Positions 12,645 to 23,501 of a stretch of 64,000 nt of DNA are shown one piece after another. Source of the stretch: Azolla caroliniana. Its lineage: Eukaryota; Plantae; Polypodiophyta. The DNA is taken from NCBI GenBank assembly GCA_043228905.1, contig JBHGNT010000021.1, positions 6,076,001 through 6,140,000 of the forward strand. Reading direction: 5' to 3'. The position numbers and the translations under genes were made by a program. Position 1 is the stretch's first letter. Each line of letters begins with the position of its first letter. Under the pieces are notes generated by a model. That model saw only the letters and a program-made list of their open reading frames with translations, was not told the origin of the DNA and did not search any database.

Positions 12645-14614
12645 ACAGGTACAATGAATACATGGTGCACCATTACGCGTACATGACACGAGTGGCGGAA
12701 GTGCATGAGCCAGAGAGCTACGCAGAAGCGGCGACAGACGCAAGCTGGCGTGCCGCAATGGAGGAAGAGATGCGCGCATTATCGGACAATGAGACTTGGG
12801 ACCTGGTTGACGCACCTAAAGGTGTTAAGCCGATCGGATGTAGATCGGTGTTTAAGGTGAAATACAACACTGAAGGCTCGGTCAATCGATATAAGGCCCA
12901 TTTCATTGCAAAAGGCTACGCACAAAAGCACCACGTAGATTACGACGAGACCTTCACCCCAGTCGCGAAGATGACTATCGTGTGAGTTCTGCTAGCCGTA
13001 GCTGCTGCGAAGGGGTGGCATCTGCATCAAATGGATGTAAAGAATGCGTTCCTACAAGGTGTACATGGTACAGCCCCTTGGATTCCTATCCGAACAGAAC
13101 ACTTCGGCATTTTGCCGATTGAAGAAGGCGGTATATGGCCTTAAGCAAGCCCTGCGAGCTTGGAACACAAAGATTACGCAACGGTTGCGTAGGATGGGGT
13201 TTACGACATCAAAGTCAAACTCTTCATTGTTCGTTCGGCAGGGTTGACATGGACCGGTTTGTCTTTTACTTTATGTTGATGATTTAGTCATCGCCGATGC
13301 CAACCTGGAAGAAATCGGTCGCGTAAAGTCTCAGCTTGTAGCCTTCATTACTTCCTCGGGATCGAAGTGATCCGTTCCCCCGAAGGCATATTGATCAATC
13401 AACGTCACTACGCATTGAATTTGCTCTTCAAGTTTGGGATGGAAAATTGTAAGCCCATCTCAACCCCTCTGGATAGAAACGTAAAGCTTCGCCGAGATTC
13501 GGGAAAGGTGTGCGACCTGACACAGTTTCAACAGATTGTCGAAAGCCTCATCTGCTTGACGATAACTCAGTCGGACCTCAGCTATCCGGTCGGAATGATC
13601 AGTTAATTTACGTCGTAGCCCACGACCAAACACCTTCAATGCGCACAAAGGATATTACGATATGTCAACGGCATGAAAGACATGGCGTTGTTGTATCGTG
13701 CAAGCATAGCCGAATAGTTAGTTGGCTACACGGATGTCGATTGGGCTGGAAATGCCGATGATCGTAGATCCACATCTGGATACACATTCTCATTGGGAAG
13801 TGCGACGATCGCGTGGAGCAGTAAGAAGTAGCTGATAGTCACATTGTCGAGCATAGAGGCTGAATATTGAGGGGTGACTATCACTACATGCGAAGTCATT
13901 TAGCTGAAACGGCTATTACAGGATCTGCACGTAGAGGTGTCCGATCCAACAACGATCTACTATGACAACCTCAGCAACATCCACCTTGCGAAAAACCCTG
14001 TATTCCACGCTCGGACCAAGCACATTGAGGTGCACTACCATTTTTTCTGTGAGCATGTCCTTTCTAGTGAAGTTGAACTGGCGTATGTTCCGACGGTTGA
14101 GCATTTCTCGGTTGAGCAGCATCCACCTTGCGAAAAACCCTATATTCCACGCTTGGACCAAGCACATTGAGGTGCATTGATGCCTTGACCATGTCCACTA
14201 TAAGACTATATTTGGCAAATAGTGTCTACTTTACTGTTTTTAGACACCCAAAACTCCAAAGAACTTTGGAAAAAGCTATGCAATACCTATGAGAAGCAAA
14301 CTACAGCTAACAAAGTGTATTTGATGAGAAAGCTCTATGACCTTCGTATGAAGGATATAGATAGTATTGCGTCTTATTTAAATTAGTTTGATGCATTATG
14401 GTCGCAATTGCAAGCTCAGAAAAGGACCGTGAATGATGAGCTAAAAGTTGTATTTTTGCTATGCACATTGCCTAGCTCATGGGACACATTTTGCACCGCT
14501 ATTAGCGCTAGTGTACCAAACGGGAAATTGGTGTATAATGACATAAGTGGAGCACTATTGGGTGAAGAAATACATAGGATATCTATGGTTTCCTCACAAG
14601 TTGGAGATGCACAT

Positions 14615-15073
14615 TGTTGAGAATCAAGCTCAACATAGAGCAACGTGTGAACACACCTTTTGAGAATCTATGATTACTCAAAGGTCAAGAGTCACACCAC
14701 CACTCTCTACACATTAACTATGTGTCATAGAATCATATTCTATGACACATAACTAATGGTTCCACATTCCCCACGACCATAAGACTTCACATTCCTCAAG
14801 GCTCTAGTGAGAGAGTGAATGTTGTAGTGAGTAAATGAAGAGAGAGGGTGACTCTATATAAAGCACCCTCCTCCTACTCCATATTAAGTCTATTGTGACT
14901 CCTTGTAACACTATCTTGTATCTCATATTCTACTTGTTAATATACATCTCCTTCTTCTTCTTAAGTACTTCATATTGTCTCTTATCTATCTTGTGTTTCT
15001 CTCCTCTCCTCTCTTCTCTCACACATAACTCACATCTCTTCCGCTTCACAAGAATCATATCCGATTCTTTACA
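14615..15073 (+). repeat. 5' LTR (copia)
   Basis: Direct repeat of 30889-31355; TG...CA termini. Confidence 0.95.
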
Positions 15074-15978
15074 TGGTATCAGAGCGATTTGGTAGCTCAA
15101 TCTAGCCCACTCACCTCATCGTGATCGTGTGTTGTGCTCTACGCTGAGTTCAAGAAGAACCGGCTCATCGCTATCGTAGTGCGACTACATAGCTCGTGTT
15201 CGAGAGAGAAGGACCAGAAAAGAAGGAAGAAATCTACATCGACAATGAATACTCAAATGGGGAGTGCTCTCCCTAGCGAGAAGTTGGATCACAACAACTT
15301 TGCATCTTGGGAGTACAAGATGCACCAATACCTTGTCGGCCAAGGCTATTGGAGCTACATCAAAGGAGCACAAGAAAATCGGCCCAAACCGGTGTCGTGA
15401 AGAAAACCGTCCCCAGGCGCAAACTGTGTATAGTGTGTGTGAACCAGCCCTTACACGTGGGCACGTCCCTTGTCGTATAGTAGATAGGTAGGCACAAAGG
15501 TTAAATCCTAAGTAGCAATATTCTGTAAGGGAAATCGAGGAGTATCTCTGTCCAAAAGGACAGAGAATTAATGTGATGTAAACGGGTGAAACGGCCTCCC
15601 TCCTTGAGCTATAAAAGAGAGGGAGACGGGGGAGAGAAAAGGGGTGGCTAGAAGGAACGAAGTGCTATTAGACTGGGACCGAGCTCTTCTTCTCTGTCAT
15701 TCCCCATAGCTTTCTTTTGCGCAGGCTCGCAGGAGGCTGAATCTGCTCCGTGGAACGCCCGTGTGCTTCCGACAGAATCTCCATCTTGCTCTCCTGTGTG
15801 CGTGGGTGATCAGGCGTCGGCATCCACCTCGCCGACCTGGTCGGCTGTAACCGTTCGAGTCGTCTGCATACATACAAATACATGCCTATATTTACATACA
15901 CACTCTAGTGTTCTCAACTCGCGTCTCCTGTGTTGTTGTGACGCGTCCCCGTGCGCTTCTTTGTCTATACGTGAGTGA

Positions 15979-16013
<35 letters not shown>

Positions 16014-16599
16014 ACGGCTCTCTCTGTCGTTGCGTTGTTGTCGCTGTCGTCGTGGTCGCCGTCACCGTCGTCGTCGTCTGCAGCCGTTGTCTGCAGCCGC
16101 TGCAACCGTCGCCATCTACTCTCTCTCTCTCTCTCTCTCTCGCTTCCTCGTCTACTCTCTGCCATTGCTGTCGCCGGCTAGTGTCGTCGCCGTCGCCGTC
16201 GTCTGTTGCTGTCGTCGTCCGACGACTACCGTTATCTGCGGCCGTCGCCGTCTTCTACAGTCTGCAGTCGTCTGTCGTCGTCTGCCGTATGCTGCTGCCG
16301 TCGTCTACTGTCTACTGCCGTCGTTTGACAACTTCCGCCGTCACGGGGTGTTTCTTCTCCGTTTTCTCTTGATGTGGTGAAGTGCCATTTTCTTGACGAG
16401 TTCGTGGGTGGGTTCTTTTGGTGTGCTCGTCGCGTGCTACAAAATGCCGATGTGATTGCGACATACACACAAACTCGGCTAAGTCTCGAACCCATTTATT
16501 TTACCTTTTTTTTCTTATTGACACCACAATGACGTCTAGACGGACTAAGGAACATAAGGATATACAAGACGAGGCTATAAGTAAGGAGGACTTTTTTAT

Positions 16600-17340
16600 A
16601 TGTTTAATCGTTTAACAAAAATAGAGATGGATATGAAAAAATGGGTGAAAGACACCGAAACCCACAAGAAAAAAGATAGAGAGGAAAAAGACGCCCTCAA
16701 GGCCGAAATAGAACAACTTAAAGTAGAAAACATCGACCTTAAAAAACAACTTAAGGACATCGAGGTATCTCGAGAAGACGGTGAAATATCCTCTATAGAG
16801 GATATAAAGGACGAAATTAAAAAAGTTAAAGAGGAAGTTAATAATAACATAGAGTTAGCTAAAACGGGTTGGGTAGATGTGGTTAAAAGAAACATTAAAA
16901 AAGAAATAAAAGATGAAAATATTGTTAATACCACCCTTGAAGAAGAGAAAATGTGTCAGGCCCGACGCTTAAATGTACGTGTCACTGGGCTCAAGGAAGG
17001 TGCATCCCCAAATGAGGACGCACAAACACTTGGGAAAATGTTAGGGTACACAGAGGCCCTACCTATCACCAAAGCATGGAGGGCCGGGCGTGACACAACT
17101 AGGAAGAGAGCCTTAGTCCTTCAATTTAAAGACTTAGACTATAGAACCACTTTCTTTAAGAAGAGACCAATCCTTCGAGGAATGGATGGGGAACCCATCT
17201 ATCTCGATGAAGACCTCACTAAGATGCAAATTGAGCATCGCAAGAGTTGTATGCCACGAGTTATGCAAGCTCGTAAAGAAGGCCATCGCGCCTTTTACCG
17301 AGACGGGCGAGTGATCATAAATGATCGCACTACTAATTGA
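16600..17340 (+). CDS. LINE ORF1 (coiled coil + conserved C-terminal region ending IYLDEDLT...)
   Basis: Uninterrupted 246-aa ORF directly upstream of the endonuclease. Confidence 0.8.
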   Translation: MFNRLTKIEMDMKKWVKDTETHKKKDREEKDALKAEIEQLKVENIDLKKQLKDIEVSREDGEISSIEDIKDEIKKVKEEVNNNIELAKTGWVDVVKRNIKKEIKDENIVNTTLEEEKMCQARRLNVRVTGLKEGASPNEDAQTLGKMLGYTEALPITKAWRAGRDTTRKRALVLQFKDLDYRTTFFKKRPILRGMDGEPIYLDEDLTKMQIEHRKSCMPRVMQARKEGHRAFYRDGRVIINDRTTN

Positions 17341-17346
17341 CGGCGT

Positions 17347-20300
17347 GTGGCCCATGTGACAGAAAATGCACTTAGGATGACCCTATGGAATTGTAATGGC
17401 ACACTCTGGGCACACCCCGGCCGCCTAGAGGAGATACTAAAGGTATCTGATATACTTTTCTTGGTAGAAACACATCAGAGCCCAAATAGAGGACTCCCAC
17501 GGGTCGAAGGATTCCGTTGGGAGTCCGCTTTTAGACAAACCTCACGTCGACACACTACTAGGGGATCTGGAGGTGTCGCGATACTATTTCGTAGAGAGCT
17601 ACATAATAGGATAGAAATAATGAAGATAGACCCAGAAGCTCGTTTTATGTGGGTGAAAGTCTCCACAAGCAAAGACCATGCAGTATTTTTCGCCATTTGT
17701 TACTTTCCCCCAAAAGGATCCCGTTATAATATTGGTGGCTTGACGAGATTAGTCGATGAAGGAATGCCACATGGGCCTTCTCCATACAAACCCCTATCGG
17801 ATGACATAATCCGATATTCTTCCCAAGGAGAAGTATTTCTTGTAGGAGACTTCAATGCGAGAACCCAATCCCGACAATGCACAGTATTTCAGATGAATAG
17901 AAACCTAGAAATGGTAAATGTTGATCCTTTAGACATAGACACCACATGTAGATCAAAGGATCAAGGTGCGGACGCCACGAGCTTTGGCCATCATCTGCTC
18001 GAACTTGGGAGTCGGCACGAGATGGTCATATATAATGGTTTAGCTAAGTGGCCAGGTTCGGAAGAGCTCACATGTTTCCCACATGGAGGAGGGGAAAGCA
18101 CAGTTGACTATCTAATAGGGCGCCCTGAAGCTACCCACATGATTAACTCCTTCCGAGTGGCTCCATGCCCTATTGGCGCAGACCATAGTTTCTTATACTT
18201 CGAGCTAAAATGTGATATCTCTAAGGTCACCAAGTCTAGTCAACCTTGCCATCACACCACAATACATTTCACACATGAGCTCTCTGACATATACTCTCAA
18301 CATGTTCATGCTAGCAGTTTCCCATATACAAAACACTCAAATCAAGGTAGATCAGGATCAATGCCACAAAATAAATGGTATGACGAGGATTGTAGGGACC
18401 TACATAGACAACTTACAGTATCGCAACTCAATGGTAGTATTACCTCCATACAAGCTCGCAAAGAAATGCGTAAGATGACACGTCGTAAGAGACGAGCGTG
18501 GGAGGCATCCCAATACTGGGAACTCTACCATATGCTCATGAGTAGCGATTGTGCCATGGCATGGAAGAGACTACGGGAGCCAAGACCACAAACACCCATC
18601 GAAGATCCTGAAACTTGGCACACATATACAGAGAGACTTTACCAAATCCCAAATTAACCACCCTTTCCAATGCCTTCCACACCCCGGCCTACCACGGGGA
18701 CACTTTTCACGACCTCTAGGGTCATGAAGGTCATAAAGAAATTACAACATAGGAAGTCCATGGACCACACAGGATTGCGAGCAGAACACATTATATATGC
18801 GAGAGAGTGCCTAGCTCCCTTGCTAACTCTAATCTTCAATCGTGCCCTTGCGGAGGGTTTTCCACCACAGTGGACTATGAATACAGTGGCCCCCATACAT
18901 AAAGGGGGGGACCCCATGGACCCAAATACATATAGGACCATTATGATAGGCCATACCCTTGCTAAGTTATATGGTGTAGTAATGGAAGCAGAGCTTAGCG
19001 ACTACATGGAGACCCTAAACCTTCGTGCACCTGAACAAGCTGGCTTTAGATGAGCCTTCTCCACTATTGATCATATCTTCACACTTAGATGCCTAATTGA
19101 CCAAAGTAAGGCTCGCAAGAAGAAATTATATTGTTGTTTTGTGGACTTCCGCAAAGCCTTTGACACAGTCCCTAGAGAGCAGTTGTTTGATAGACTTAAA
19201 AGCTTGAGGATACCAGATGATATGGTATGGGCCATCTACGCACTATATGAACAAGTGTCCGGGTGTGTCTGATGCCCAGGTGGCCTATCCAATCGTTTCA
19301 CTAGCACTATTGGTGTAAAACAAGGTTGCCCCCTATCACCGATGCTTTTTGGGATCTACATTGATGAGATCACAGATTTTATTGCTCGTGAGGGAGGCAC
19401 CGGAGTGGTCCTTGGGGATACGCAGGTTCGTATCTTGCTCTATGCGGATGACATAGTTTTGCTCTCTGAATCCGAACACGACCTACAAAGGCACCTTAAT
19501 GCCTTAGATGACTTTTGTGTACAACGAGGATTGGTAGTGAATCTAGGGAAAACGAAAGTCCTTATCTTCCACACATCGGCCCAAGTTAGAGCTAAGTGTC
19601 ACCTAACTATCTCCCATAGCCCAGTCGAGGTGGTTGGATCGTACGTCTATCTCGGAGTCACTTTTAATGCCCGCTCAGGTAAATTTTCGATGACACAGGC
19701 AGCGAAGGATAGACTCACGAGAGGACATGCATCCCTCTCACTCCTAGAGAGACAATGCCACCAAGCACACTTTCAAGAGCCACGGACTAAAGGGTGGCTC
19801 TTTGACTCATTAGTGACCCCCTCCCTCATGTATGCATCAGCGGTTTGGGCTCCAGGATTACCATCTTTCATGTGGACGCAATTAGAGAGACCATTGGTTA
19901 TGATGCTATCACGCCAACTCCGAAGCAAATCGATTGTACCACATGACATTATTAGGGCCGAGTTCACGTTACCCCCAATGCTAGTAGAGGCACTTTTTCA
20001 ACTTGTAGTCTTCATTGATAGGATACATAGCCAACCACATGATAGAATATCTCATCAAGCCTTTAAGGCCTCTCGATCATTGTATGAGTCCGGCTATACT
20101 AGCTCATGGTATGGCATGATGGTGAGTTGGCTTCTTGCGAATGGTCTAGACATTAATAACCTACCTCCCCTTAGGTACAACCACACGAGTGATAACACCT
20201 TAATCTCTCATGAGAACCGCAATAAAGTAATACGCCAAGAAATATGGCAAATTTACACTCGGTGTAAATGGATCACCCCACTAGAGCCACTCCCATCTAA

Positions 20301-20997
20301 AATGTCGTACTATAAGAAACACTTCATGCACTTCTCTGAGTTAGGTTTTATCACGCGGCCAAAATATCTAGATGTATTCTTACCACATGCACTAAGGGTT
20401 GCCATTGGACAACTTAGAATATCATCTCACCAACTTGAGATTGAAAATGGCCGTACTAGTGGAGTCCCTAGGGAGGAAAGGATATGTAGGTTATGTCACA
20501 TAGAGATAGAGGATGAGTACCACTTTACATGCAAGTGTCCAACCTATGCCGAGATAAGGGCAAAATACCAAGACATACTTGGTCCGTCTCCCACCCTCCC
20601 CAAACTATTAGATACTCTAGATATAAAGAAATTAGGCAAATACATTCTAGAGCTAAAACAACACAGAGAGAATAAGTTACAAAATGTTGACAATAATGCT
20701 GCTAATGATCACGAACATGTAACAAATGAAGTTTTTCAGGAACCTGAGGAGACAACGAATGCCGACACACTTGCACCACTCGGCCTTTCCATTGATGAGG
20801 CAGAAAACCAGAGAAGAACCAAACGTCCTCAGGTGCCGGGTTTCAAAGCAACTCGACGTGATGTGGAAGCAATATTGAAAATAAGGGAACGTGAGCTACA
20901 CCGCCTAGAAGCCATGGCTAGGGCACTCTCTACATTGGAACCCACATCAAGACCCTTTGACCCCCCACTTCTTTTCGAGAGGCTTGGGTGGAAATAA
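17347..20997 (+). pseudogene. LINE ORF2 (APE endonuclease, RT, C-terminal Cys/His motif), one reading frame with a few premature stops
   Basis: ORFs 17347-18657, 18670-19053 and 19342-20997 are all in the same frame. Confidence 0.9.
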
Positions 20998-21279
20998 AAT
21001 TAGGCTTAGTGTATAGTCACTTTCGAGTATACTACATATTGTACACTACTAGAACTCTTTTAGTTTAAGTTCTATTTTTTACTTAATTTTATTTTAGTTA
21101 TGATGACTGGATAAATACTCTATTGTTGTAAACCAATTGTCTCATGGGCCAAATTTGGCCTTAGAAGACGTTAATATATCTTTCTTTCTTTCTCTCTCTT
21201 TTCCTCACCTATTCCTCGGTCCAAGACCCCAGTGGTCCCACCTTGTTCTCCACGCACACGCGTAACAACGCGACATATT

Positions 21280-21297
21280 TGGTGAACCCGACGTGAA
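21280..21297 (+). promoter_or_regulatory. Primer-binding site complementary to the 3' end of plant cytosolic tRNA-Trp
   Basis: Reverse complement TTCACGTCGGGTTCACCA matches the recalled tRNA-Trp(CCA) 3' end. The same PBS occurs at 47363-47380 and 58005-58022 (minus). Confidence 0.8.
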
Positions 21298-21318
21298 CAA
21301 GCGGCAGAGGAGTAGAAG

Positions 21319-23445
21319 ATGAGGGGGTCGAACCTTGCAGAAGCCATGGCTTCGGCTATAGACCGTATAGTGAGTGCGCACAAAGGCACCGGCGCCCTTG
21401 ATAGGGCTATCGAGGCGGTTGTCGGTACGATCGGCCGGTTTAGTGGGAACGATTCCACGAGCTACTTGGCGTCCTACCGGGCTGAGATGGTAATGAGGGA
21501 CATTCCGGAAGAGAGGCATCTAGCCGGATTCCCTCGAGTGGCGATGCCGGGTGTCCATACGGAGGTGCTCAAGGTACGGGCCGACAGCCGGACCTGGGAG
21601 GAGTTCGAAGGTCGGCTCCTCGAAAGATTCGGGCTTGAAGATGCGCTTCGACTTTCGAAGCGGGACTTCATGGAGTGGGTGGAGACCCTCGACAAAGGAA
21701 GGAACGCGTCAGTGCTCCTTCGGGAGTTTGAGGAACGCTTCGCGCGCCTCTCGATGCTTGACCGGACCGTTCCGGACACAAGCCGTGTCCTATTGTTTGT
21801 TAAGTCGGTTAACGAGTGGGATCGGGAGCAGGTAGGCCTCCTATTGGAGACTGATGATGAGCTGACGGCCGACTAGGCCGTGGTGAAAAGGGTCTGTGGC
21901 CGTTTCGACAAACGGCGGGAATGGGTTGCCAAAGGATTGACAGGGGCGGGCTCTGTCGCAGCAAAGAAGCTCGAGCCAACACCACCAACGCGAAGGGAAG
22001 AGACCCGAGATTGGCTCGAGACCGGGTCGGCTTCAACCGGCATGGTCAAGGGCTCATCCGGGGGAGCAGCTCTGGAGGAGCTAACGCGGATGGTAAAGGA
22101 TCTCCAGATCGCCCAGGCACGGAGGGATGGTGGCGAACAGGCCCGTGACCGACGACCTTTGGCTGAAAACAGGTGCATGTGGTGTGACGCGGTTGGGCAC
22201 ATCCGGAAGGACTGCGGGGACTTCACCGAGGCGATGAGAAGCAACGTGGTATACCTGTGGAACGGTCGGGTGCACGCCAACCAGACCCGAAGGGCCCTGA
22301 ACCTGAACGTCGGGCGAGGGGGTATGAAAAGGCTAATGGAGAAGGCGGCGGCTCGTCACGCGGAGACCGTCCACTACTCGGCGTGAACTGGTATTTGGGT
22401 TGGAGGTGGCAAGGCCCCAAAGACGAACAAAGCCGGGTTCTGGCCGACGATGCTGGAAGGCCTCGCCGGCACATGGCTGAGGAAAGAAGAGGTGGACCGC
22501 GCGGAAAAACGGGTCCGGGAGGTAACCGGGTGGAGTGACCTGGTAGAAGAAAAGACGGGCTTCGTCGAAGCCGCTAGTCAAAACTACGAGGCTCTGGTGG
22601 AGGACAAGCGGGTAGGGAAAACCGGAGGGGCCGGGCCCTCGCAGCGATATGAAACTCGATTCGGTCAAAGACGGAATGAGGCCGTTGTAACCGGCGCCCA
22701 GGATAATCCCAAGAAGGGCTGGTACCGGCTGGGCACAGAAATCGAAAGATCCACGGACCTACGAAAGGTCCTAGAAGAACGAATCCTCGACAACAAGGTG
22801 GAGCTATCGCTAAGGGAAGTGCTCGGGATTGCCAAGAAGGAGTTCCACGACTCCATCATAGACTTGGTGAAGAGGAAGAGGCTGTCGACAGAGACAGAAC
22901 CGGAGAAGCCGGTGGAGGTGCGAACGACGCACATAGAGGACATGGCGTTGGAAGACGAGTTGGCGGAGAGCCACTATTCGAGGCCGCATTGGGCCAGGGC
23001 GACCACGGAGACCCCCGTGAAGATTGGAGATGTTCATGAACCGGTGGTGGCGTTGGTGGACCATGGTTCAGAAATCAATTTGATGTCCATGGACTTCTAT
23101 AAGAAGGGAAAATGGCCGATCAACACCAAGCACGGGTGAAAAATACGGACGGCGACGCGTGCCACCGAAGAACTGCATGGAGCCTGCCCGAACGTACGAG
23201 TAAAGATCGGCGATGTCGAGATTGACCAGCACTTCTTCGTACAGGTGACGTCCTCACATCCGGTTATACTAGGAGAACCGTACATCACGGTAGCACGGAT
23301 GGAGACCAAGGTGTAGGACAACGGCTCGGCCTATGCAAGGGTCAAGAGCCAGGATGGGCGTCACTCGGTCCAGTTCCTGACGGTGAAACCGAACCATGAG
23401 AGGAACCGCGAGACCCTCGGGGGCGAAAGCCGGGAGGATTTTTGA
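21319..23445 (+). pseudogene. gag: Gypsy gag-protease ORF with premature stops
   Basis: Same frame throughout; CMWCDAVGHIRKDC knuckle; ALVDHGSEINLM protease motif; ends GAG GAT TTT TGA. Confidence 0.88.
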
Positions 23446-23501
23446 AGAGGGCTATCAAGGCGTGGGGCCGCGATAGTCCGGACACTCCGGGAAAACCCCA
23501 C
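23436..23501 (+). promoter_or_regulatory. Candidate -1 programmed ribosomal frameshift signal (G GAU UUU + pseudoknot)
   Basis: Slippery heptamer 23436-23442; 6-nt spacer; stem 23449-23456 / 23472-23479; loop GTGGGG pairs with CCCCAC at 23496-23501; pol is in the -1 frame. Confidence 0.72.

Larger units (their letters stand above)
8584..14178 (+). mobile_element. Ty1/copia element, degenerate, 5' LTR to RNase H; 3' end missing
   Basis: LTR 8584-9005; PBS TGGTATCAGAGC at 9006 and again at 9130; gag (KLQLRQEL, CGYCGKKGHREREC); PR (WYVDSG); IN (HSDVWGP, SDGGKEY, KCILVGYS); RT/RH fragments 12662-14178. Confidence 0.9.
16013..21195 (+). mobile_element. Near-complete two-ORF LINE (RTEX/CR1-group-like) inserted in the (CT)n tract of the gypsy 5' LTR
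   Basis: Absent from the matching 3' LTR. Coiled-coil ORF1; ORF2 with APE (LWNCNG, VGDFNAR, DH), RT (KQGCPLSP, LLYADD) and C-terminal LEIENGR..ERICRLC..EDEYHF..C motif; 3' tail of TTTC/TC repeats. Boundaries blurred by the microsatellite. Confidence 0.88.

Noticed and set aside
15908-16380. Ser/Leu/Val-rich or RERE ORFs (also 8055-8415, 28240-28579)
   Set aside because: Translations of (CT)n and (GTC)n low-complexity DNA.
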